Below, piece after piece: positions 42,132 through 51,500 of a stretch of 64,000 bases of DNA. This stretch comes from Simkaniaceae bacterium (GTDB taxonomy: Bacteria; Chlamydiota; Chlamydiia; Chlamydiales; JAJFMI01): positions 17,069-81,068 of the forward strand of contig JBBDIZ010000027.1 of NCBI GenBank assembly GCA_040880145.1, given 5' to 3'. Every line of letters starts with the position of its first letter. Positions within the stretch are counted from its first letter, which is position 1. Under the pieces are notes generated by a model. That model did no database searches. It saw only the letters and a program-made list of their open reading frames with translations, and had not been told where the DNA came from. Position numbers and translations under genes: made by a program.

Positions 42132-43885
42132 ACGAATTAAGAAAATCGATGAGCGGCCGGATGGTAACGCTCTCGGGATGGGTTCATAAACGAAGAGATC
42201 ATGGCGGACTCATCTTCATCGATCTTCGGGATCGCTTTGGTCTAACGCAGCTCATTTTTGATCCGAAAACAGCTCCCGGAACCCATAATGCTGCGACTTT
42301 TCTCCGATTAGAGTGGGTCATTAGCATTAAAGGTCGTGTCAGACCCCGAATTAAGGGGCAAGAAAACCCGAATCTTCCAACAGGAGCGGTCGAAGTCGAG
42401 GTTTTAGAGCTTCACATTTTGTCCGAAGCAAGTGCACTTCCCATCGTAATCTCTGATTCGCATACAGAGATTAGCGAAGACGTGGCGCTTAAATACCGCT
42501 ATCTCACTCTTCGAAAAGAAAAAATCACCCAAAATCTTGTAAAGCGCCACAAGACAATGATGGCGACTCGAAAGTTTTTAGATCAATCGGGATTTTTAGA
42601 GATTTCAACGCCTATTTTAGCAAAAGCAACCCCTGAAGGCGCTCGCGATTATTTAGTTCCCTCTAGACTCTATCACGGCCATTTTTATGCACTTCCTCAA
42701 TCCCCTCAAATTTTCAAACAGCTCTTAATGATTGGCGGCTTGGACCGCTACTTCCAAATCGCTCCCTGCTTTCGAGATGAGGATTTGCGCGCTGATCGGC
42801 AGCCCGAATTCCACCAAATCGATATCGAACTAAGCTTTGGAACTCCAGATGAAACCATTGCGATCACAGAGGAACTATTAAAAGCTATTTTTTCCGAAGT
42901 TTTGGGCTGCTCCATTCAACCTCCTTTCAATCGCATGTCCCACTTAAATGCGCTCGAACACTATGGTACGGATCGTCCTGACCTCCGATTTAATATGCCC
43001 CTTGTCCGCTTAACTGACGTTGCCCTTCGCTCGAACTTCTCTCTTTTTAAAGAGGCTGTCGAAGGCGGCTCTATTGTCAAAGCGATTACCTTGAAAAATG
43101 GCGCCAAGCTCTCACGTAAAGAAATTGAAAAATTGACCGAATTTGTAAAGCCATTCGGCCTAAAGGGTCTCGCTTTTATGAAGCATACAAATGAAGGATT
43201 TAGCTCAAGCATTGTCAAATTTTTTGATCAAGAGCTTCTTTTAGAAATTGAGAATCGAATGAAATCAGAAGTAGACGACCTGATTCTCTTTGCCTCTGCT
43301 GCTGAACCTATCGTCAATCAATCTCTCGATCACTTGCGCCGTAAACTGGCTTTAGACTTCAACCTCTATGACCCCTCCGACTTAGCCTTTGTTTGGGTTG
43401 TAGACTTTCCACTTTTTGCCTATGATGAAGATGATAAACGCCTCGTATCTGAGCACCATCCCTTTACAGCCCCCCATCCCGATGATCTTCATTTACTCGA
43501 TAGCGATCCATTAAAAGCGCGATCCCTTGCCTATGATATCGTTTTAAATGGTTACGAGATAGGAGGCGGATCGCAAAGAATCCACTCGCCTGAAACTCAG
43601 ACAAAAATTTTTCAAATTTTGAAACTGTCAGCCGAAAAAATTAATGAGAAATTTGGATTTTTCACTGAAGCCCTCTCTTATGGCACCCCTCCTCACGGCG
43701 GAATTGCCCTTGGTGTCGATCGTCTCGTCATGATCTTATCCAATACTGAAAATATCCGAGAGGTCATTGCATTCCCAAAAACTGCGAAAGCAAATGACCT
43801 AATGATGGCGTGTCCCTCTTCTGTCGAGTCAAGACAACTTACAGACCTTGGATTACAATTACTTGAATCAAAAGAGTTATCCTAG
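42101..43885 (+). CDS. aspS: Aspartyl-tRNA synthetase (likely non-discriminating)
   Basis: RRDHGGLIFIDLRD, PEGARDYLVPSR, PPHGGIALG. Confidence 0.98.
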   Translation: MFDYRRTHKLDELRKSMSGRMVTLSGWVHKRRDHGGLIFIDLRDRFGLTQLIFDPKTAPGTHNAATFLRLEWVISIKGRVRPRIKGQENPNLPTGAVEVEVLELHILSEASALPIVISDSHTEISEDVALKYRYLTLRKEKITQNLVKRHKTMMATRKFLDQSGFLEISTPILAKATPEGARDYLVPSRLYHGHFYALPQSPQIFKQLLMIGGLDRYFQIAPCFRDEDLRADRQPEFHQIDIELSFGTPDETIAITEELLKAIFSEVLGCSIQPPFNRMSHLNALEHYGTDRPDLRFNMPLVRLTDVALRSNFSLFKEAVEGGSIVKAITLKNGAKLSRKEIEKLTEFVKPFGLKGLAFMKHTNEGFSSSIVKFFDQELLLEIENRMKSEVDDLILFASAAEPIVNQSLDHLRRKLALDFNLYDPSDLAFVWVVDFPLFAYDEDDKRLVSEHHPFTAPHPDDLHLLDSDPLKARSLAYDIVLNGYEIGGGSQRIHSPETQTKIFQILKLSAEKINEKFGFFTEALSYGTPPHGGIALGVDRLVMILSNTENIREVIAFPKTAKANDLMMACPSSVESRQLTDLGLQLLESKELS

Positions 43886-43921
43886 GTATAATTCAAGTTT
43901 ACAATCATTTACGGAGAGACC

Positions 43922-44722
43922 ATGAGTAAAATTTTTAAAATCATGACCGCCTTGATACTCACCACTTCTCTTATCCCTCTCTTTTCTAATGGAGAGATGA
44001 ACGAAGAAACGAGCAAGGAACCCTCAAAAGAGGAAAAGACTCAAGTCAACCTCAAAGAAGTTTCAGAGGCTTTTGGCCATCTCATTGGGAAAAACCTGGA
44101 TACTCTCGGTTTTAACATTGATATCCAAGCAGTCGTTCAAGGAATTATGGATTCAGCAGCCGGAAAGGACGCTCCGATGAGCGAAAATGAGTGTGTTCAA
44201 GCCATTTCGGAAGCTCAAGAAAAAGCTTTTCTGCAAGAAGCCGATACCAATTTAAAACTTGCTGACAAATTCATGCATGAAAATGAACATGAAGATCAGA
44301 TCGTTGTCCTCGAAAAAGAGAAACTTCACTATCGAGTCATTCAAGAAGGGAAAGGCGCTGTTGTCGAAGAACACTTCCAGCCCCTTATCAAATATACAGG
44401 TCGATTTTTAGATGGATCCGTTTTCGGCTCTTCAAAAGAAGAAGAAATGATCTCTCTCGACGAGACTATTCCAGGTTTCTGTCGTGGAATTGTAGGGATG
44501 AAAGAAGGCGAAAAACGCACACTTTTCATCCATCCAGAACTTGGCTACGGAACTTCAGGCTACCTTCCTCCAAACTCCCTTCTCTCTTTTGAAATTGAAG
44601 TTATGAAGGCGAATGGGAACGAAGATGACCAAGAATCATTAACATCAAATATCCACGCGCAAGATCAAACCGATGAAGAAATCGCCCTTCCTGAACGCAC
44701 CCCAACCGACAACGTCCGATAA
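43922..44722 (+). CDS. mip: FKBP-type peptidyl-prolyl isomerase Mip
   Basis: FKBP N-domain, YTGRFLDGSVF, IHPELGYG, PPNSLLSFEIE. Confidence 0.92.
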   Translation: MSKIFKIMTALILTTSLIPLFSNGEMNEETSKEPSKEEKTQVNLKEVSEAFGHLIGKNLDTLGFNIDIQAVVQGIMDSAAGKDAPMSENECVQAISEAQEKAFLQEADTNLKLADKFMHENEHEDQIVVLEKEKLHYRVIQEGKGAVVEEHFQPLIKYTGRFLDGSVFGSSKEEEMISLDETIPGFCRGIVGMKEGEKRTLFIHPELGYGTSGYLPPNSLLSFEIEVMKANGNEDDQESLTSNIHAQDQTDEEIALPERTPTDNVR

Positions 44723-45215
44723 ATCCATTAGGACCTCAGAAAAAGAGGTCCTAAAAATTATCCTTTTTCAGCCGCAAATTCCTGCAAACACCGGCAATAT
44801 TGTCCGGACTGCACACGTAACAGGTGCCTCGTTAAGCTTAGTGAGGCCCTTAGGTTTTAGCGTAAGCAATCGACACCTAAAAAGAGCCGGATTAGATTAT
44901 TGGGAAGGAGTCGATGTCACCTTCATCGATGATTTATTTGAATATCTTAAAAGAACAAACAGGCGCCCTATCTTTTTTTCAAGTCAAGCATCTCAATCTT
45001 ATACTGAGATTCAATATCAAACCGATGACATGCTGATCTTCGGTTCAGAAACAGAAGGTCTTCCATCAATTTTTAAAGAAAATTGGCCTGAAAATTTTGT
45101 AACTCTCCCAATGAAAAAAGGGGCACGCTGCTTGAACTTGTCAAACAGCGTAGCGATTGCCCTTTATGAGGCCTGGCGTCAAATTGAATTTAAACCGATG
45201 TCACAAAACTCTTGA
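44673..45215 (+). CDS. trmL: tRNA (cytidine/uridine-34 2'-O)-methyltransferase, SPOUT family
   Basis: PQIPANTGN, KRAGLDYW, FGSETEGLP, LNLSNS; true start uncertain. Confidence 0.92.
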   Translation: MKKSPFLNAPQPTTSDKSIRTSEKEVLKIILFQPQIPANTGNIVRTAHVTGASLSLVRPLGFSVSNRHLKRAGLDYWEGVDVTFIDDLFEYLKRTNRRPIFFSSQASQSYTEIQYQTDDMLIFGSETEGLPSIFKENWPENFVTLPMKKGARCLNLSNSVAIALYEAWRQIEFKPMSQNS

Positions 45216-45513
45216 TGCCACTCGCATCGCGAAGTCCCACCAAGCGATTGACTTCCTTGCCATCTTTAAAAAGAATAAGAGTCGGAACAGAGGTGACTTG
45301 ATAATCTGATGCCACCTTTTGATTTTGATCGATATCAACTTTCGCAAAGGTGACGCTTCCGTGCATTTCACCTGCAACCTCTTCTAAGACAGGTGTTAAC
45401 ATGCGGCAGGGGCCGCACCAGTCGGCGTAAAAATCAATAAGGGTCACACCCGCTTTGATGGACTCTTCAAAATTAGCATCTGTAAAATGTTTGATTAACG
45501 TCTCTTCAGTCAT
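45190..45513 (-). CDS. trxA: Thioredoxin
   Basis: WCGPC. Confidence 0.97.
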   Translation of the reverse strand: MTEETLIKHFTDANFEESIKAGVTLIDFYADWCGPCRMLTPVLEEVAGEMHGSVTFAKVDIDQNQKVASDYQVTSVPTLILFKDGKEVNRLVGLRDASGIKSFVTSV

Positions 45514-45528
45514 AATTCCTCTTAGATT

Positions 45529-46830
45529 TTAGTTTGTTTGATTTGCTCTTGTTTTCAATTCTTCAAAGGCCTTCTCGATGGACTTTGTAATTTCTTTCAT
45601 CGCCTCTTTTTTAGGAAGGTGATTGAAGTCACTTGCATAGATTGGTAATCCAAAGTAACAACTTATCCGACCTCCAAAAAGCTTCGGAAATTTACGATCT
45701 CTTGGCCAAATTTTTTCGACCCCATCGATATAGAGAGGATGGATCAGGCTATTAGCCCTTTGGCAGATGAGCGCCACCCCAGGTTTAATCGGTTGCAGCG
45801 TGATTGATCGAGAGCCTTCCGGGAAAAGCAACACCTTTTTTCCTTTTTTAATGAACCCTTCGACTTTTTTAAAAACAGCAATGTCCCCGGCGCCTCCCTT
45901 GACAGGATGAGAATTTAATGCTCGAATAAAACGGCCGAATATTCCGCGAAAGAGCGTCTCTCGAGCTAAAAAATGAAGCTCTTCAGGATAGAGGGACGCA
46001 ATGATCGGAGGATCAAAAAATGAGACATGATTAGGAGCTACAATGCCGCCTCCTTTTCGAAAATTTTCTAAACCAAAAACTTTTAAACGATGACAGCTTT
46101 TAAAGTAGCAAAAGGTTAAAAAAATGGTAACTCGATAGAAAAATTTTAATTTTGGCAGCAAAAAAGGAAAACGCCTTCTATTTAAAACTTTTTTCCACTG
46201 GGAAAAAAGCGTTTGAACCACCTCCTCGATGGACCTCTTGCTCGTATCTACCAAAATAGCATCACTTGGGCATTTAAGAGGCGCAAGCTTTCGAGAGGAG
46301 TCCCTTTGATCCCGCTCAGAAATTTCTTGCTCGATCTCATTTAATTCAAAGTTTTTATCAGGGAATTTTTTCTTCAACTCTAAAAGGCGTCTTTCAGCGC
46401 GTACGCGTCTACTTGCTGTTAAATATATTTTTAAATCAGCATACGGAAAAACAACTGTTCCCATATCGCGCCCTTCGAAAACGGCAGATTTCCTTCCCTC
46501 GTCTTGTTGAATCTTAAGCAACTTTTTACGCACGACCGGATAAGTGGAAATGATCGATGCAATCCGGCTGATTTCATTTTGTCGGATTTTTATGGTGACC
46601 TCCTCATCAAAGAGAAAGAACCGCCCCTTGTTTATCGAAAAGCGAAACCCATCTATGACCTTAGATATTTCATTTTCATCATTGCAATTGACTCCTTTTT
46701 GGCTGAGAAAAAGCGCTAAAGTGCGATAAATCGCACCTGTATCTACATGTTGATACTTAAGTTTTTGAGCCAACCCCTTTGCAACGGTTGACTTTCCACA
46801 CCCAGAGGGTCCATCAATCGTAATGATCAT
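45529..46830 (-). CDS. cmk: Cytidylate kinase / 1-acyl-G3P acyltransferase fusion (Cmk-PlsC)
   Basis: N-half IDGPSGCGKST, EGRDMGTVVFP; C-half NHVSFFDP, FPEGSRS. Confidence 0.92.
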   Translation of the reverse strand: MIITIDGPSGCGKSTVAKGLAQKLKYQHVDTGAIYRTLALFLSQKGVNCNDENEISKVIDGFRFSINKGRFFLFDEEVTIKIRQNEISRIASIISTYPVVRKKLLKIQQDEGRKSAVFEGRDMGTVVFPYADLKIYLTASRRVRAERRLLELKKKFPDKNFELNEIEQEISERDQRDSSRKLAPLKCPSDAILVDTSKRSIEEVVQTLFSQWKKVLNRRRFPFLLPKLKFFYRVTIFLTFCYFKSCHRLKVFGLENFRKGGGIVAPNHVSFFDPPIIASLYPEELHFLARETLFRGIFGRFIRALNSHPVKGGAGDIAVFKKVEGFIKKGKKVLLFPEGSRSITLQPIKPGVALICQRANSLIHPLYIDGVEKIWPRDRKFPKLFGGRISCYFGLPIYASDFNHLPKKEAMKEITKSIEKAFEELKTRANQTN

Positions 46831-47675
46831 GAATACCCCATAACAAAATAAAAGAATGGCGTTGCAAAAAGAAGTGAATCAAGCATATCCAAAACGCCGC
46901 CGAGGCCTGGAAGCTGATTGCTATCTTTTACACGCGAATCCCGCTTGATTAAAGATTCTGCTAAATCACCAATCTGTCCGATAACCCCCAAGGATAGTCC
47001 TAAAAAAAGCCACAAAGCAAAAGGAAATTGAAAAGACTTATCAAAGAAAAAATAAAAAATACCGCTTAACAAGCTTGAAGACAAAACTCCGGCGACAGTC
47101 CCCTCAATTGTTTTATTCGGGCTAAGCTCTAAGGCGAGTTTTCGCCGACCAAACATTTTACCAATAAAATAGGCCGCAACATCGGTAACCTTTGTAACGG
47201 CAATCAGATAAACCAACCAGAAAACTCCACTCTGAAGGTGGCTTGAAGAAGAAGTCGGGTAAAAGATTCGAAAAATCATTCCTAATGGAACAGAAACGTA
47301 ACAGAGCCCTAAAAAGCTCTCCCCAATTTTTTGAACGCTCTCTTCAATTTTTCTAAAGTGAGCAAGAAAAATGAAAAAAAACGAGAAACAAACCATCATC
47401 AAGGAAGGGTCTGTAATATGCGCATGAAAAGGCGGTATAAAAAAAGCTGCCGTTGTAAGAGGTGTCAAAATAACTAATAGAGTTCGAGGCAATCGACTCC
47501 CTATTTTTTTCCTCATTTCCGTATATTCCCAAATTCCAACGCCTGCCAAGAGGAGCAAAACAAGCATAACTGCAATTTTCACAACGAACCATTTTGAAAA
47601 AACCAAAAGCACAAAAAGACAGGTTAATACAAAAGAGGCAACTATAAATCGTTTTTTTAAATCATAAAAATTCAT
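46827..47675 (-). CDS. cdsA: Phosphatidate cytidylyltransferase
   Basis: SPNKTIEG, GDLAESLIKR, KDS..LPGLGGVLDMLDS. Confidence 0.96.
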   Translation of the reverse strand: MNFYDLKKRFIVASFVLTCLFVLLVFSKWFVVKIAVMLVLLLLAGVGIWEYTEMRKKIGSRLPRTLLVILTPLTTAAFFIPPFHAHITDPSLMMVCFSFFFIFLAHFRKIEESVQKIGESFLGLCYVSVPLGMIFRIFYPTSSSSHLQSGVFWLVYLIAVTKVTDVAAYFIGKMFGRRKLALELSPNKTIEGTVAGVLSSSLLSGIFYFFFDKSFQFPFALWLFLGLSLGVIGQIGDLAESLIKRDSRVKDSNQLPGLGGVLDMLDSLLFATPFFYFVMGYS

Positions 47676-47681
47676 TTTATT

Positions 47682-48389
47682 TTATTCTCCTATTCTGCGC
47701 TCACGTATTGCATACTCATCCAGCGCCTTCTGAAATTCTCCGGGGCCAAATTCCGGCCAAAGGGTCTTTGTCATGTATAACTCAGCATAGGAAATTTGCC
47801 AGAGTAAAAAATTGCTAATTCGATACTCCCCGCTAGTCCTAATGAATAAATCAGGATCCTTCATCCCCGCTGTGTCGAGATAAGAGGCAAAATTTTTCTC
47901 ACAAAAATCAGAGGATGAAATTTTTGAATCCTTATAATCCTGAGCCATCCATTTTGCTGCTTTTACAATCTCACTTCTTGCTCCATAATTTAGAGCTAAA
48001 ACAAGGTTTAATTGCGTTCCGTTTCGAGTCGCAGCCTTTGTTGTTTCAATCTCATCTTGAATCTCATTAGGGAAAACGCTCAAGTCTCCAATAGTTGTCA
48101 TTTTCACACCTTTATCAGCCAAAACAGAACGCTTGTGAATAAGAAAATTTTTTAATATATTGAGCAAAGCGCGTATTTCTTTTTGCCTCCGATTCCAGTT
48201 TTCTGTTGAAAAAGCATATAGAGTTAAAATCTTTATTCCTTTTTCAATCGCAAAAGAGATGACCTTTTCAAGATTTTCAGCCCCCTTTTCATGCCCTTTG
48301 CGAATCAATATCCCCTGTTTTCGAGCAAAGCGGCGATTCCCATCCATTACAATGGCGACGTGCTGTGGAATTAGCTTTGTTTTATGCAT
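47682..48389 (-). CDS. uppS: Undecaprenyl diphosphate synthase
   Basis: HVAIVMDGNRR, AFSTENW, IRTSGEYRISNFLLWQ. Confidence 0.97.
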   Translation of the reverse strand: MHKTKLIPQHVAIVMDGNRRFARKQGILIRKGHEKGAENLEKVISFAIEKGIKILTLYAFSTENWNRRQKEIRALLNILKNFLIHKRSVLADKGVKMTTIGDLSVFPNEIQDEIETTKAATRNGTQLNLVLALNYGARSEIVKAAKWMAQDYKDSKISSSDFCEKNFASYLDTAGMKDPDLFIRTSGEYRISNFLLWQISYAELYMTKTLWPEFGPGEFQKALDEYAIRERRIGE

Positions 48390-48458
48390 GGAGAAAGATT
48401 ATAACTGAATAGCCAATAAGACGAAAGCCTCTCGATTCTTTTCTCAAGGGAATAATTC

Positions 48459-48487
48459 TGGACAGAATCAAGTGATTCCGATATCCT
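48459..48487 (+). promoter_or_regulatory. Sigma66 promoter for secDF
   Basis: TGGACA-17 nt-TATCCT. Confidence 0.5.
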
Positions 48488-48517
48488 TGATCTTAAAAAT
48501 TTTAAAGTAGGATCCTC

Positions 48518-51500
48518 ATGGAAAAACGTAAGCGCTGGCACCTTGTGCTTCTTTTATCGGTCATCGCGCTGACGGTGTACAACATTGCACCTTCAATCTT
48601 CTTTTACGCGAAGCCTTTAGATAAACCGATTGATCAAAAACAAGCCACAGAAGTTGCCTCCTCCATAATGACTCGCGTTAATGATTTAGAAAAATTTTCC
48701 ATTAATTGGGTCCAATCATTTTCTAAGCTTTTAGGTCTTAAACCCACAAATATTGAGCTCAATAATGAAACTCCTGAATTAATCAAAGTGAGTTTTTCAA
48801 ACGAAAAGGACGCCCAAACCTTCCGCTCGAATCTCCCTGCTGCCGGCGCCCTCATCCCTTTCATCCCAGCCCAACTCTCAAGTGGAGATTCTTCTTTAGA
48901 CAGCACCCACTTAAAAGTTGTCAATATTCAACGAAAGATTCCCGTTCACTTTTCATCGAATGACCTCGACAAGTACTTCACCTACATAAAAAAATTCGAT
49001 TCTAATGGAATGCCCACGGAGGCCTACCAAAAATTACTAAATGACCGAATACTTGAAATGGGTCTTGCTATTTCCGGAGAAAGTGAAAATGCAGGCTATC
49101 TCAAGGCCATCATCAATAACCCAAATGATTCCCGCTCTCAGGATTTCACCCTCCTGCTTGCCCAAAACATTTTGAACACTGCAAAAATATTCGGTGAATC
49201 CTCCTCTCTTTCGAAACGCTTTTACCATACGTTCACTCAAGGTGATTTCTCAAGCCCAAAAGGTGCAATCGATGAGCTCATCAACACCATCGATCATATG
49301 AAAGACCGCTTACGCCTTCAACGCATTCAAATCCAAGAAGAAGAGAAACGCCTAAGCGATGAAGGGAGCTTTTTAGACGCTATGAAAAAAGAGCGCCTTG
49401 AGCTTACTTTAAGCCAGGAAGAGCGCTTAACTGCCGCCGGATCCATTCTAAAGAGAGAACAAGCTGCATTCATCAGCACTCGCGGAGCCATGACCTACCA
49501 AGAGCTCAAAGAAAAAATTGCAACGAAAGGGTCCCCTTTAATTTTAAGCGGCACCAACCCTCTTATTGAAGAAATTTCGCTCAATATCGAGCAAAATAGC
49601 TTCAATCTCATCCTTCAGAAAGATATCGCTCTTTTAAGAGCCTCCTTAGCAAAAAAACCGGGTCAATCCTATCTCCTCACCTCTCTTGATCAACTTATTT
49701 ATAACGAAATTGCCCGCTTGAATCGGATCACAGGAGAAAGCATCAAGCCCAATAAAGAAAATTTCACTGTTGCGCTTTCAGATCTAAATGGAAGCGAGAG
49801 CCTCCTTGCACTGAATTTGAAGACCCTTGCAAAAGCAGAATCTCAAAATTTAAAAAAATTAATTGAAACAACTTGGCAGCCAAAACATCCAGAACTGCAA
49901 GAAGAGGCCTTTCCTCTTTATGAAAATGAAACTTATCAAAAGCTCACCCCAAGCGAGCAGCGCTTAGGGCTTGTTATCTACACCCCCTCAACATACGACG
50001 AAATGCCCCCAAAAGGCTTCAAAACAGATTCTATCTACGTCATCGCTAAAGGCGCCCAAAAAATTCTAAACAAATATCAGCAAGACCCTCATTCTGAAGG
50101 AGCTCTTGCCTTCAGAAAGGACTTCGAAGCTTTAAGAACGCTTCTTAGAAAAAAAGGGTTCATCGCCTATTCCGGAGACACGTATCCTCTTTCTGCAAAA
50201 TATCAAAATGATGTGATTTTCCAATCGGAAAATTATTACAACAACCTCATCGATGCCTCGAGAGAAAACTTCACTACTACAGGCTCCAAACGTTTTGCAA
50301 CATTAGAATTTACCAATTTCGAGCAGCGCATTTACGCTCTAAATAAAATTGAAGATTCTGCTCACGAAGACCTCCTTAAATGGCGTAATGAGTATGAGAA
50401 AGCGAAAGTCAGCACAACTGAAAACACACAAAATCTCATTCCCAAACCGACCAAAAATGTTCTTCTCAATAATTTAGCCCTAAGCTTTCGAAAATATTTC
50501 AGAGGGGATGAACGCAAAATTCTTCATTGGGGACTCGATCTTTCAGGTGGTAAAACCGTCCAAATTGAGCTCCGTGACCAGAATGGACAAGCCGTAAAAG
50601 ATGAAGCCAGCCTCGATCAAGGAATCAATGAACTCTATCGACGCGTTAACAAAATGGGCGTTTCTGAAGTCACTATCCGCCGAGAAGGCTCTCACATCAG
50701 CTTAGACTTTCCAGGTGCACAAGGTTTGAGTGCGGAGGAACTGATTCGAGCCTCTTCGATGCAATTTCATGTTGTGAATGAAAAGTTTTCCAATAAAAAC
50801 CACAACCTCGCTCAAGTAACAAACCGTTTCCTGGAAGAGATTTGGAATGAAGCGGTTGTGACAGGAAAAAAAGATATCAAGAGTTTAAATGCCATCGCAT
50901 TCACTCATCTATATGGTGAAGTTGGTGACGGGGTAACTGGAGGACCACGCTCAGAGTCAGCCAAAATTCTTTATGAAAGCGGTCTGCGTTTACGCCCTCC
51001 TTCAGAGCCTTATCAGACTGTCGCCTTCAATGACGTCCTCTCGAAAATTGCTCAATATCGAGGGGACTCTCCTTCTGAGTGGGAAAATCAAACGCATCCT
51101 CTTTTAGTTGTTTTTAATAATTACGCATTAGAGGGCTCAAGCCTCGAGAATATCCAGGGTGGTTATGATCCATCGAGAGGAAATTATCTATCGTTCCAAG
51201 TAATAGGATCGACCTCTCAGACAGATGGAACCAAGACAAATCCAAGACAAGACCTATATAACTGGACAAGCATCTATAGTAAAGAAGCCGTAACCGATTC
51301 GCCTCTTTCTGAATATTCGAATGGAAGCGGATGGCGAATGGCCGCTATTTTAAATGGAACTGTGATTAGCACGCCTAATCTATCAGAGCCCTTAAGAAAA
51401 AGTGCTATGATTACCGGAAGCTTTTCTCAAGCAGAAATCAACAAACTCGAAGCCGATCTGAAAGCCGGATCACTGACTTACACTCCTATTGTTCTATCAG

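Noticed and set aside
42101..43885. Non-discriminating AspRS signature
   Set aside because: Expected in chlamydiae, which use GatCAB
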